From: Candidatus Woesearchaeota archaeon
GTDB lineage: Archaea > Nanobdellota > Nanobdellia > Woesearchaeales > GW2011-AR4
Assembly: GCA_018303505.1 (NCBI GenBank)
Contig: JAGVYA010000040.1
Location: 6,809 to 70,808 of the forward strand
Reading direction: 5' to 3'
Length of the DNA: 64,000 bases
Positions within the stretch are counted from its first letter, which is position 1. Every line of letters begins with the position of its first letter. The notes under the pieces were generated by a model, which was given only the letters and a program-made list of their open reading frames with translations, did not search any database and was not told the origin of the DNA. The translations under genes and the position numbers were made by a program. This document shows, one piece after another, positions 17,952 to 28,792 of this stretch.

Positions 17952-18093
17952 AAACGAGAGCGACCTTTAGATTAACAAGTGAATAAGGTGACCCGCTTTT
18001 AATTTTTTTATTGAATACATAGGCGAGGCGTAAATTAATGGCAGACAATTTACGCCGAGCATTAAAATTTGTTGCCGAAGGCAACGGATTGAA
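17952..18093 (+). repeat. Structured element, family 2, upstream of gyrB
   Basis: Shares five colinear blocks with the reverse complement of 20113-20260; hairpins GGCGTAAATT/AATTTACGCC and TTGCC-GAA-GGCAA. Confidence 0.8.
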
Positions 18094-18126
18094 GATAAAA
18101 GTAAATTAAATCAAATTAAAAGATAA

Positions 18127-20082
<1,956 letters not shown>

Positions 20083-20112
20083 GGATTTTAGTTATATTTT
20101 TAAAATTAATTT

Positions 20113-20260
20113 TTCAATCCGAAAATTTGCGAAGCAAATTTTCAATAGATTGTGCTCAGCCTCGCTGTCCGCCACACGCTCGGCTTCGCCGATTTATTCA
20201 TCACAACAATCGCAACGGTTTACTTTCCTCTCCTTGTGAATCTAAAAGTCGTTCTAGTTT
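20113..20260 (-). repeat. Structured element, family 2, inverted copy downstream of gyrB
   Basis: Reverse complement starts AAACTAGAACGACTTTTAGATTCACAAG and ends CGGATTGAA; hairpins GAAAATTTGC-GAA-GCAAATTTTC and TCGGC-TTC-GCCGA. Confidence 0.8.
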
Positions 20261-20387
20261 TTTATTGAATTTATTTTGTCATAATGAGTTTTTGTTTTAA
20301 TGTATAATTTTTATTGTAGTTATTGATTTTAATTACTCAAAACATAAACCTTTATAAACCATAATAATTTCCAAAATCTTAATCAAA

Positions 20388-20987
20388 ATGCCAGAACAAG
20401 TTGTAAAATTAAAGAAAAAGCAATGGTATCCTATATTGGCGCCAAAGCAGTTTGACAATGTAGTTATAGGGGAAACTTTAGTGTACGAGCCTAATCAAAT
20501 GCTGGGCAAAACACTAAGCCACAGCTTGATGAACCTGATAAATGACACGAAAAGGCAAAACATCAATATTCATTTTAAAGTTGTTGAGGTTGAGGGCAAT
20601 AATGCGAAAACAAGCATTATTGGCTACCAGATAATCCCCTCTTCTATCAAGAGATTTGTCAGGAGAAACAGCGAGAAGATGGACATGGCATTCACCTGCG
20701 AAACTAGCGATAATGTTTTCTTGAGAGTCAAGCCATTGGTTATCACAAGAGGGGATGTAAAAGGCTCAATTGCCGCAAAACTTAGAAACAATATCGTAAG
20801 CTTTCTTGTTAAAACAATTAAAAAGATGACGTACGATGAGATTATTAATGACTTAATCTCCCGCAAGATGCAGGACATCATGAGGGCAAACTTCAATAAG
20901 ATATATCCATTGAAAGTGTGTGAAATAAGGTATTTGGGCGTTGAAGCAAGAGAAAAACAAGAGGTTAAAGCTGAAGTTAAAGAGTAG
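20388..20987 (+). CDS. rps3ae: 30S ribosomal protein eS1 (S3Ae)
   Basis: KKQWYPILAPKQF, IGET, KRFVRR, KIYPLKVCEIR. Confidence 0.92.
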   Translation: MPEQVVKLKKKQWYPILAPKQFDNVVIGETLVYEPNQMLGKTLSHSLMNLINDTKRQNINIHFKVVEVEGNNAKTSIIGYQIIPSSIKRFVRRNSEKMDMAFTCETSDNVFLRVKPLVITRGDVKGSIAAKLRNNIVSFLVKTIKKMTYDEIINDLISRKMQDIMRANFNKIYPLKVCEIRYLGVEAREKQEVKAEVKE

Positions 20988-21038
20988 AAATAATTTCAGC
21001 TGCAAATTGTTACTATTTTATTCTATATGCAACTAATT

Positions 21039-22007
21039 TTAGCTTTCTGTATTTTGACTTACGACTGGACGCAATATCTCAACAAATTTGTCTCTTAAGC
21101 CTTTTCTAGCAACAATAATAGTTAATGGCTCATTTCTACCTGTGTATTTTTCCAATTGATTTCCATAAATGTCAGATATTTCCAACCCACAACCCAAAGC
21201 AATTGGTATGACGCTTGCAATATCATATGGATACAACATCGCTCCGCTGTCTGGCCAAAGAGCTCTTGGATCAATGTAAGCATCAAACTGATTTCTTAAG
21301 ATATTTAGAATATCAATTGTTGTTGCTCGAGAACCATCGTATACTCTAAAATCTTTTTTAGTTTTATCAGCTTCTAAAATAGCTTGTTCTATTTCGCCCT
21401 TCTTTATTCGCTCTCTGTTTGAATAGCCTACAACCATTATCCTTGTGCTAGTGTCACCACGCTTTTCTTCAAAATCTTTTGGATTAAGCAAAGTTCTATC
21501 ACAAAATGCCATATAACCATCATCAACACGTACACCAGAAAATATATTTCTATTATGCATATCGTAAACTGCACCAATTGTTATCGAGTCCATTCCCTCA
21601 TCCTCACATAGTGCTATAGCCACAGTTCCAACTGGTGAATAGCCAAGTACAGAAGCTTTACTTCTTTTTGTATTGGTTGTTCCGTCTATTTCATCAATTC
21701 TTAAAACCCTTCTTTTATTTTCAAGGCTTTCTTGCGGTTTTTCTGATTCTATGTCTTGTAGTTCATGCAACTCAAAAAGGTATTTTCCTTTAAATCTATT
21801 TTTCTCTGAAAATCTGCTAAAATGCTCCTCTAAAGAACCCATAGTACATTCGTACGCTAATCTATCAATACTAGATTCCTCATGCCCTCTTATATGACCT
21901 ATGTCGTGCACTGGACCTTTGTATTCTAAGATTTTTTCTGCAACATCTCTAACAACCTCTTCTAATGCAAACATGTATTCCATTCTTAAATTTAGTGGGT
22001 GAACCAT
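21039..22007 (-). CDS. Divergent inositol monophosphatase/FBPase (FIG) superfamily protein
   Basis: IDEIDGTTN, GAVYD, FDAYID.R, YDIA motifs. Confidence 0.75.
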   Translation of the reverse strand: MVHPLNLRMEYMFALEEVVRDVAEKILEYKGPVHDIGHIRGHEESSIDRLAYECTMGSLEEHFSRFSEKNRFKGKYLFELHELQDIESEKPQESLENKRRVLRIDEIDGTTNTKRSKASVLGYSPVGTVAIALCEDEGMDSITIGAVYDMHNRNIFSGVRVDDGYMAFCDRTLLNPKDFEEKRGDTSTRIMVVGYSNRERIKKGEIEQAILEADKTKKDFRVYDGSRATTIDILNILRNQFDAYIDPRALWPDSGAMLYPYDIASVIPIALGCGLEISDIYGNQLEKYTGRNEPLTIIVARKGLRDKFVEILRPVVSQNTES

Positions 22008-22476
22008 TTTGTCACTTAATTAGTCTATAATGAATTATTACATTGACTCTCTATGGACTATATTTTTATAAATATTTGTAAACTTTATAAATCTTTTTTT
22101 ATTACGGGACTGTTACGTTAATCATGTCTGAGAAAAAAGTGCCGTCTAGGTGGCTTCTTATACCATTTCCCAAATTCTTTTGATGCGGCTTTTGTTCAAA
22201 GATTTAATCTTGGAGGCAGACATGTCCTCTTTAAATTTGCTTTCTCGAGCAGAGGAGATGCTTCAAAGAGCTTCTTTGCCTAAACGCCACTTCGCCAGAC
22301 ATTTCTGGAATAACTATAATAGGGCATACTTGCTTAAATACTTTACGAAAAAGTTAAGGTAACAGTGCCTTTTATTACTATTTAAAAGTCAACATTTTTG
22401 TTACCATTGTTTGGCTCATAACTTTACATAACAATTCCCTGACTTACTATATTTTATTCAGCATCATACTAAAAAC

Positions 22477-22484
22477 TTATAAAA
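22477..22484 (+). promoter_or_regulatory. TATA box for tRNA-Gln precursor
   Basis: AAAAAC-TTATAAAA; spacing points to a transcription start near 22505-22508. Confidence 0.5.
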
Positions 22485-22526
22485 TACGCTATTTTTCTTT
22501 TTATTATAGCCCCGCTAAGACGCTTT

Positions 22527-22634
22527 AGCCCCGTAGAGAGTCATGCTCGCGGAATCTAGCGGTCAAGGATAGGGCCCTCTGGAGTAATATTACGTAGAGA
22601 GGCTCTGACGGCAGTTCGAATCTGCCCGGGGCTA
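22527..22634 (+). tRNA. tRNA-Gln(CTG) with two introns: 10/11 (22537-22554) and 37/38 (22583-22599)
   Basis: AGCCCCG/CGGGGCT acceptor, GGGCC-CTCTGG|A-GGCTC anticodon arm, GGCAG-TTCGAAT-CTGCC T-arm; both inserts fold into BHB/BHL-like motifs. Confidence 0.85.
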
Positions 22635-22711
22635 TCTTTTTTTAAATATAAGAAAAAACTAATAATTCAATCAAAAATAAAAACCCAATAAAATAAAAAT
22701 CAAAAAATAAA

Positions 22712-23379
22712 ATGAAAAAAATAATAGCCCAAGGTGCAGAAGCAAAATTATTCTTGGAAGATAATAAAATTATCAAAAATAGATTTTTAAAATCATACAG
22801 GATTAAGGAAATTGATGAAAGATTGAGGGGCTTCAGAACAAGGAGAGAAGCGCGAAGATACTGCAAAAATTAGAAGGAATAAATTTTCCAGCTCCAAAAT
22901 TAATCAATAACGATGAAAAAGAAAACTTACTGATTGAAAAGATTGATGGAAAATTAATTAAAGATATTCTTGAAAAAGCCGATTACGGAAAATTATGCGA
23001 AGAAATTGGAAGAAAAATAGCAATTTTGCACAACAACTCAATAATACACGGCGATTTAACAACATCAAATATGATATTAAACAAAGAAACGTCGATAAAT
23101 CGCAAAGCGATTTTCGATCGTGCTCGAAAATCTATGATTTTCGACATTTATTTTATTGACTTTGGGTTGTCGTTTTTTTCTGAAAAAGCTGAGGATAAAG
23201 CTGTTGATTTGCATCTATTAAAAGAAGGGCTTGAATCAAAGCACTACAGAATATGGGAAAAATGTTTTAAGTACGCTCTTGAGGCTTACAAAAAAGAAGC
23301 AAACAAAAGCAGTGAAACATTAAAACGGCTTGAAATTGTTGAAAAAAGGGGGAGATATCGTGCAAGGAAGGGAAGTTAA
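22712..23379 (+). pseudogene. bud32: KEOPS kinase Bud32 with +2 frameshift near 22852 (possibly artefact) and a 57-nt in-frame palindromic insertion
   Basis: IAQGAEA..RTRREA in one frame; KILQKL..HGDLTTSN..IDFGL..EDKAVDL..RGRY in another; GAAGCGCGAAG carries an extra CG. Confidence 0.85.
23089..23145 (+). repeat. Family 1 core inserted in frame in bud32 (copy C)
   Basis: GTCGATAAATCGC-AAA-GCGATTTTCGA-TCGTGC-TCGAAAATC-TAT-GATTTTCGAC; 19 extra codons between NMILNKE and IYFIDFG. Confidence 0.82.
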
Positions 23380-23970
23380 GGCAATTCTGTTTGATATGGA
23401 CGGCGTATTGGTTGATTCTATCGATGCCTGGCGTCATGTATTTAATGATACACTAAAACATTTTGGATTTAAAAAAATTGCGAAAAAAGATTTTATCAAA
23501 GATTTTGGGCGCCGATAGAGCATGATGTTAAAAAGCATTTCAAGGGAAGAACAATAAAAGAGGTTGAAAAAATATACAATTTAAATTTTAAGAAAAGAAA
23601 AAATCATGTAAAATTATTCCCTCAATCAATTTCTGCTTTAAAACAGCTAAAGAAGTACCCAATAAAAATTGGTTTAATAACAAATTCTACACTATTTATT
23701 ACTTCTACAATATTAACTCATTTTAGAATTAAAATATATTTCAAAGTCATAGTCACAATGGATGATGTCAAAAGAAGAAAGCCGGCTCCAGATATGATAC
23801 TGAAGGCTTGTAAAATCCTGAAAGTAAAACCCAAGAATACAATTTTGGTAGGCGACACTAAAAACGATATGATTGCTGGGAAAAGGGCTGGCTGTATTAC
23901 TGTTGGGTATAAGATGATGGGAGATTATAGGATAGATAAACTTTATTCTATAACAAGGTTTTTAAAATAG
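23360..23970 (+). pseudogene. HAD-family hydrolase (PGPase-like) with 1-nt frameshift in G-run near 23508
   Basis: FDMDGVL motif I, then ITNS, KPAPD, VGDT.ND in the shifted frame. Confidence 0.8.
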
Positions 23971-24237
23971 TCCACTTTTAGTAGTTACAAAATCAAAAGT
24001 TTTAAATATAAGTATGCTTTCCTACTAATTATGAAACGAGTTGATTGTCTTCATATTAAGTAAAATTAGTTCTGATTTAAATAGTTTCAACTCTAAAAAT
24101 TCGATTATTTTAAGATTTGCAGATAGCTGTATAACTATACATCATAATTGCTAAATTCTTTCATTGTTTAATTTAAAGTCTATCATTTGTTTTTACTTTT
24201 ATTAGCAAAATATCAAAATAATATAAAAAATCAAAAT

Positions 24238-24309
24238 GGCAGCAGTAGTTTAGTGGTAGAATATACGACTGTGGCTCGTATGGCGCGAGTTCAATTCTCG
24301 CCTGCTACC
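24238..24309 (+). tRNA. tRNA-His(GTG) with encoded G-1
   Basis: G-1/C73 pair, TACGA-CTGTGGC-TCGTA anticodon arm, GCGAG-TTCAATT-CTCGC T-arm; one C-A mismatch in the acceptor stem. Confidence 0.92.
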
Positions 24310-24336
24310 CTATATAAATTTAGGGAGGAATTGAAA

Positions 24337-24933
24337 ATGTTAACTGAGAGAAGATTGCAAATTGGAGTGATGGGTTCAGCACAAGACCTTAACTACAGCA
24401 GAAATTTAGAGGAACTAGCAGAAGAAGTTGGTAGTTGGATAGCTAGAGGAGGTGCAATACTTGTATTTGGAGCAGAAAAAGATTATGATAGTTTATCAAC
24501 AGCTGCTTGTAGAGGCGCAAAGAAAGAAAGAGGACTAACAATTGGTTTTACTTATGGCAGAGGCAAAGATATTTACCAAAAAGACGCAGATATAATTGTA
24601 GTGACTGGTATGGAACGAGGAGGGGGCAGAGAGTTTGTGCTAGCAGCAAGCTGTGACTGCATGATAGCTTTAAGCGGCGGCTCTGGCACATTAAACGAAC
24701 TTGTTGTAGCATACCAATTAGGAATTCCCATGGTAGCTTTAAAAGGTACGGGAGGATGGGCAGAAAAACTTGCTGACCAATATTTTGATGCAAGACAAAG
24801 ACTGAAAGTTATTGGTGCAGACACACCAAAAGAAGCTGTTGAAATAGCATTTGAACAAGGTGGGAAATACATAGCTAAATTTAGATATAAAACATATGTT
24901 AGTCCTGAAAGTGGGTTAACATTTTTGAGATGA
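24337..24933 (+). CDS. SLOG/LOG-superfamily protein (TIGR00725-like)
   Basis: IGVMGSA, ACRGAK..GGLTIG-like, GGSGTLNEL..AY, GTGGWA; GGAGG SD before MLTERR. Confidence 0.85.
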   Translation: MLTERRLQIGVMGSAQDLNYSRNLEELAEEVGSWIARGGAILVFGAEKDYDSLSTAACRGAKKERGLTIGFTYGRGKDIYQKDADIIVVTGMERGGGREFVLAASCDCMIALSGGSGTLNELVVAYQLGIPMVALKGTGGWAEKLADQYFDARQRLKVIGADTPKEAVEIAFEQGGKYIAKFRYKTYVSPESGLTFLR

Positions 24934-25698
24934 TTGAAAATGTACCGTGAAAATATCTATGATGTTATCAAAGCAACAGGGGAAAGAGTAACAACTTTAG
25001 TTATTCCTAAAAACACAGGACTAAAAGGATATGCTTGGCAAGTTTTGAAAGAAGCAGGACTCGATTTAGGTAATGCAAAACAAATAGACAAAGCTACATT
25101 AAAAGTTGGAGATATAGATATAACTCTATTGTTAAGAAGAGGTGAAGATATACCGCAAATTGTGATGGACGAATTTAGATTAGGAAACATAGTGTTAGGT
25201 GTAACCGGCGATGATTTACTGGATGAATATCGTTTAAGGAATCCTGAAAATACCCTTAAAGTTGAGAACACATATGACTGGTATGACGAAAATGCAAGAT
25301 TCAATAGACCTGCGCTTTCTTTTGTTAATAGGAATGGTGATGTAAATGATATACCTATTGAAGCAAGAGTAGCAGTTAATGGAAAATACGAATATAACGG
25401 GAGATTATATCTTTCAAAGAGCCCTTTATTGAAAGGTAGAAAATTTATATTAACAGTTTATAATGGTGATTTAGAAGATAGAGTTGCAAAAGGGGCAAAT
25501 GACTGTTGCATTGATACAGTTTACACAGGAACTACAATTGACACAATTGATGAATATGGATTAAGGATAGTAGAAATTATAAGGTTTAGCGACCTTGTGG
25601 TTATATCAGCTTTAAGAAAAGATAGTTCAAAATTGCTTGAACTTATGGCAAAAGATATCCCAAGAGGACCCGTAATAGAAAGAAATAAATTTAGTTAA
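24934..25698 (+). CDS. Divergent short-form ATP phosphoribosyltransferase (HisG-like)
   Basis: LVIPK..LKEAG, RGEDIP, LGVTGDDLLDE, NGDLE...DCCIDTVYTGTT...GLRIVE align with HisG catalytic motifs; no ACT domain. Confidence 0.75.
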   Translation: MKMYRENIYDVIKATGERVTTLVIPKNTGLKGYAWQVLKEAGLDLGNAKQIDKATLKVGDIDITLLLRRGEDIPQIVMDEFRLGNIVLGVTGDDLLDEYRLRNPENTLKVENTYDWYDENARFNRPALSFVNRNGDVNDIPIEARVAVNGKYEYNGRLYLSKSPLLKGRKFILTVYNGDLEDRVAKGANDCCIDTVYTGTTIDTIDEYGLRIVEIIRFSDLVVISALRKDSSKLLELMAKDIPRGPVIERNKFS

Positions 25699-25724
25699 TT
25701 ATTTAAACAAAATACAAGATGTGA

Positions 25725-27005
25725 TTGGTTATGAACCTTCAAATACCAAAAGGAACACGTGATTTTTCACCAGAAGAGAAAATAGTTATGGATAAGATAG
25801 TCAGCACTCTAAAAGAAGTTTTTGAGCTTTATGGGTATGCGCCTTTAGATACTCCAATTCTTGAAAGATTTGACGTTTTGTCATCAAAATATGCAGGAGG
25901 AGCTGAGATATTAAAGGAAACATTCAAGCTGAAAGACCAAGGCAGCAGAGAGCTTGGCTTAAGATATGATTTAACAGTTCCAATGTGCAGGTATATTGCT
26001 ATGAATCCGACAATTAAGATGCCTTTTAAAAGATATCAAATTGGTGAAGTCTTTAGAGACGGCCCTGTTGCTTCTGGAAGGTACAGGCAGTTCACCCAAT
26101 GCGATGTTGATGTTGTCGGCTCTTCCTCCATGTCAGCTGATGCAGAAATAATTGCTTTGATTTACGTTGCATTCTGCAAATTAAATTTTGAAGTCAATAT
26201 CAAAGTGAACAATAGAAAATTGTTAAATGACATTCTGAATTATTGCGGCATTGAAAAAAGCAAGCAGGAAAATGTTATTTTGTCTATTGATAAACTTGAA
26301 AAGTTAGGTATTAATGTTGTAAAAAATGAATTAAAAGAGCAGAAAATAGATATTGGCAAGATAGACAAAATAATCAACATAATAAACATTAAAGGAAACA
26401 ACAGCGAAAAAATATCTCAATTAAAAAAAATTTTAAAAGATTCCAGAGGATTAAATGAGATTGAGCAATTGTTATCCTATTTAAAAAATCTTAATTTTGA
26501 AGCTGATTTTGATGTTTCTCTTGCAAGAGGGCTTGCTTATTACACAGGCGCTGTTATTGAAACATTTTTGAAAAGCAGCAGCGTTAAAAGCGCAGTATGC
26601 GCAGGCGGCAGATATGACAATATGATTGGAGCTTTCTTGGGCAAAGGAAATTATCCAGCTGTGGGAGTCAGCTTTGGAGTTGACAGAATTTATGATGCAG
26701 TTGTTGAAAAGCAAAAGACAAAACGAAAAACTAACGCTAAAGTTTACATAATTCCAATCAAAACCTTGAATGAGGGCATGAAAATAGCGCAGCAGTTAAG
26801 AGATGCTGGAATTAACACAGACATTGATTTGATGGACAGAGGCCCAAGCAAAAATCTTGAGTATGCAAATTCATTAGGCATTCCTTATGTTGTTTTTGTC
26901 GGAAAAAAAGAATTGCAGGAGAATAAAGTAAAGTTAAGAGATATGAAGATTGGGAAAGAAGAAATGTTTGATATCAATGATATTATTAGGAAATTGAAAA
27001 GTTAG
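25725..27005 (+). CDS. hisS: Histidyl-tRNA synthetase
   Basis: PKGTRD, LRYDLTVP, GRYRQFTQCD, LARGLAYYTG, GGRYD, C-terminal anticodon-binding domain. Confidence 0.97.
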   Translation: MVMNLQIPKGTRDFSPEEKIVMDKIVSTLKEVFELYGYAPLDTPILERFDVLSSKYAGGAEILKETFKLKDQGSRELGLRYDLTVPMCRYIAMNPTIKMPFKRYQIGEVFRDGPVASGRYRQFTQCDVDVVGSSSMSADAEIIALIYVAFCKLNFEVNIKVNNRKLLNDILNYCGIEKSKQENVILSIDKLEKLGINVVKNELKEQKIDIGKIDKIINIINIKGNNSEKISQLKKILKDSRGLNEIEQLLSYLKNLNFEADFDVSLARGLAYYTGAVIETFLKSSSVKSAVCAGGRYDNMIGAFLGKGNYPAVGVSFGVDRIYDAVVEKQKTKRKTNAKVYIIPIKTLNEGMKIAQQLRDAGINTDIDLMDRGPSKNLEYANSLGIPYVVFVGKKELQENKVKLRDMKIGKEEMFDINDIIRKLKS

Positions 27006-27374
27006 TTATTTTATAAATTCTACATTTGGCAATTCATGAAAATGCGAGTCACCTGTAAGAAATCTTGCCTTATTTGCTATAGCAACCATATAACCTATGC
27101 AATCTATGTAGGATATTTTAATTTTTTTTGACCTTAAATTCTTTCTGAAAACCATTGATTTGCTGATAACATTAATGTCAAAATCAATTGCATATACGGA
27201 AAATTTTTTTAAATATAAGTCTGCTACTTCAAGATTAAAATTAGTAAGTAGGAAATAATGCAATTCCGCTAGATTGTATTTAGTTGTTATCAATACTTTA
27301 TCCAAGCAAGGTTCGTAATTTTTATTGCCTTTCACTATTTCTATCATTGCGTAAGTGTCCAAGAAAAAGTCCAT
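27006..27374 (-). CDS. VapC PIN-domain toxin
   Basis: FFLDTYAMIE, NLAE, SYIDCIGY, LTGDSHF; likely start MDFFLD. Confidence 0.88.
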   Translation of the reverse strand: MDFFLDTYAMIEIVKGNKNYEPCLDKVLITTKYNLAELHYFLLTNFNLEVADLYLKKFSVYAIDFDINVISKSMVFRKNLRSKKIKISYIDCIGYMVAIANKARFLTGDSHFHELPNVEFIK

Positions 27375-27375
27375 T

Positions 27376-27609
27376 CTAGTCGAACCTGCTTTCAAAAGCC
27401 CTGTCTATGTCTTTCATTATTTCGTCTGTTGATTTTTTAATTTTGCCTTTCAAAGTTCCAAAAACCTCACTTGCAGGACTTGATTTTTTGATTACCAATA
27501 TTTCTACTTCTTCATTTGGGTTTATTTTCTCTTTTTCAAGCTCGCTTTTTGATAGCCTAATACCGAATGAATTACCCCATGGTTGCAGTTTCTTTATAGT
27601 TTTTAGCAT
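27376..27609 (-). CDS. AbrB/MazE-type antitoxin
   Basis: WGNSFGIRL motif; directly upstream of the PIN gene. Confidence 0.88.
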   Translation of the reverse strand: MLKTIKKLQPWGNSFGIRLSKSELEKEKINPNEEVEILVIKKSSPASEVFGTLKGKIKKSTDEIMKDIDRAFESRFD

Positions 27610-27661
27610 TTTGTATATACCGTATAATTATACTATATATACTTATATTTAAACTTTTCTG

Positions 27662-28552
27662 TCACATCTTCGTCAAAACAATAACCTCTCCTTCATCATC
27701 AATCAAAATAGAATGCTCTGCTTGGGTTACAATGCCTTTATTAACCTCAACTAGAGGAGGAAATTGATGAATCATGCCAAGCTGGGTTAATTCCCTTAAT
27801 GCAAAGTTTGCCTTTGCTCCAAATTTTCTTGTGAGCCATCTTTTTGCAAATGGCAAGCCTTCATAAGTTTCTATCTCTTTCAAAATCTCTCTTGTTATAG
27901 GGCTTCTTGCTGGCTTTTTATGCTCAAGCATGAACACTGTTGCTAAGCCGCTTTCATGAACAACTCCGGAGCCTGTTGTTGCAAAAGGCTCAACTGCAAA
28001 AGCCATCCCTTTTTTCAAAATTGTTTTATCTCCATTGTCAATATTTGGAATTGTTGGATTTGTATGGATATTGTATAAATCTAATCCGTGCCCTGACAAA
28101 TTTCTTACTGGAGTATATCCATAACTTTTGATTGTGTCATTTATGACTTTGCCAATCTCCCTTAACTCAGTTCCTACATTGACAATTTTTAATGATTCTT
28201 CCAATGCTTTTTGCGCAGCCTTGACTAAATCATTGTATTTTCCAGATAAATCAATTGTATAGGCGTTGTCGCCAATTGCACCATCAACATGGACCCCTAA
28301 ATCTAAGCTTATAACTTGCTCCTCAAAAACAGTTTTATCTTCTTCTTCAGCGCAAAAATGAGCAGCAATATCATTGCATGAAATCTGAACAGGAAAAGCT
28401 GGTTTGCCGCCTAGCTCAAAAATTTTCTTCTCAATTAATTCGGTTGTTTCTAAAAGCGAGTTGCCATGTTTAATCAATGATTTTCCATATTCCAGAACTT
28501 CAGCAGAGATTTTTCCTGCTTTGATGTAGTTTCGCTTGGTTTGCGAGTCCAT
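27662..28552 (-). CDS. map: Type II methionine aminopeptidase
   Basis: PAFP, AAHF, DLGVHVDG.IGD.A, NLSGH, AVEPF, QAEHS. Confidence 0.96.
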   Translation of the reverse strand: MDSQTKRNYIKAGKISAEVLEYGKSLIKHGNSLLETTELIEKKIFELGGKPAFPVQISCNDIAAHFCAEEEDKTVFEEQVISLDLGVHVDGAIGDNAYTIDLSGKYNDLVKAAQKALEESLKIVNVGTELREIGKVINDTIKSYGYTPVRNLSGHGLDLYNIHTNPTIPNIDNGDKTILKKGMAFAVEPFATTGSGVVHESGLATVFMLEHKKPARSPITREILKEIETYEGLPFAKRWLTRKFGAKANFALRELTQLGMIHQFPPLVEVNKGIVTQAEHSILIDDEGEVIVLTKM

Positions 28553-28792
28553 AGACAGAGAAAGAGTTTGAAGATTTTATTTAAAGGTTGTGTAAATCGA
28601 CTTAAGAAGAGATTTTAATATTAACAGCCAATGGAACATCTATCTCTTTTAATTTTTCAGTCCTCTTCTTAAAATTTGATCTTCCTTGAACTCATACGCA
28701 GATACTGCATTAAGCTGCAAAGATTGTTGCTTTCCTAATTGCCAATTTTTATTGTAGTTTTCTGTAAATATAACGAATTTTTTGTTTTGGGT

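Noticed and set aside
22124-22362. Small ORFs between the IMPase-like gene and tRNA-Gln
   Set aside because: No recognisable motif and the frames are interrupted; possibly a decayed gene.
24187-24336. N-terminal extension of the SLOG ORF in the track
   Set aside because: It overlaps tRNA-His; the SD-supported start is ATG 24337.
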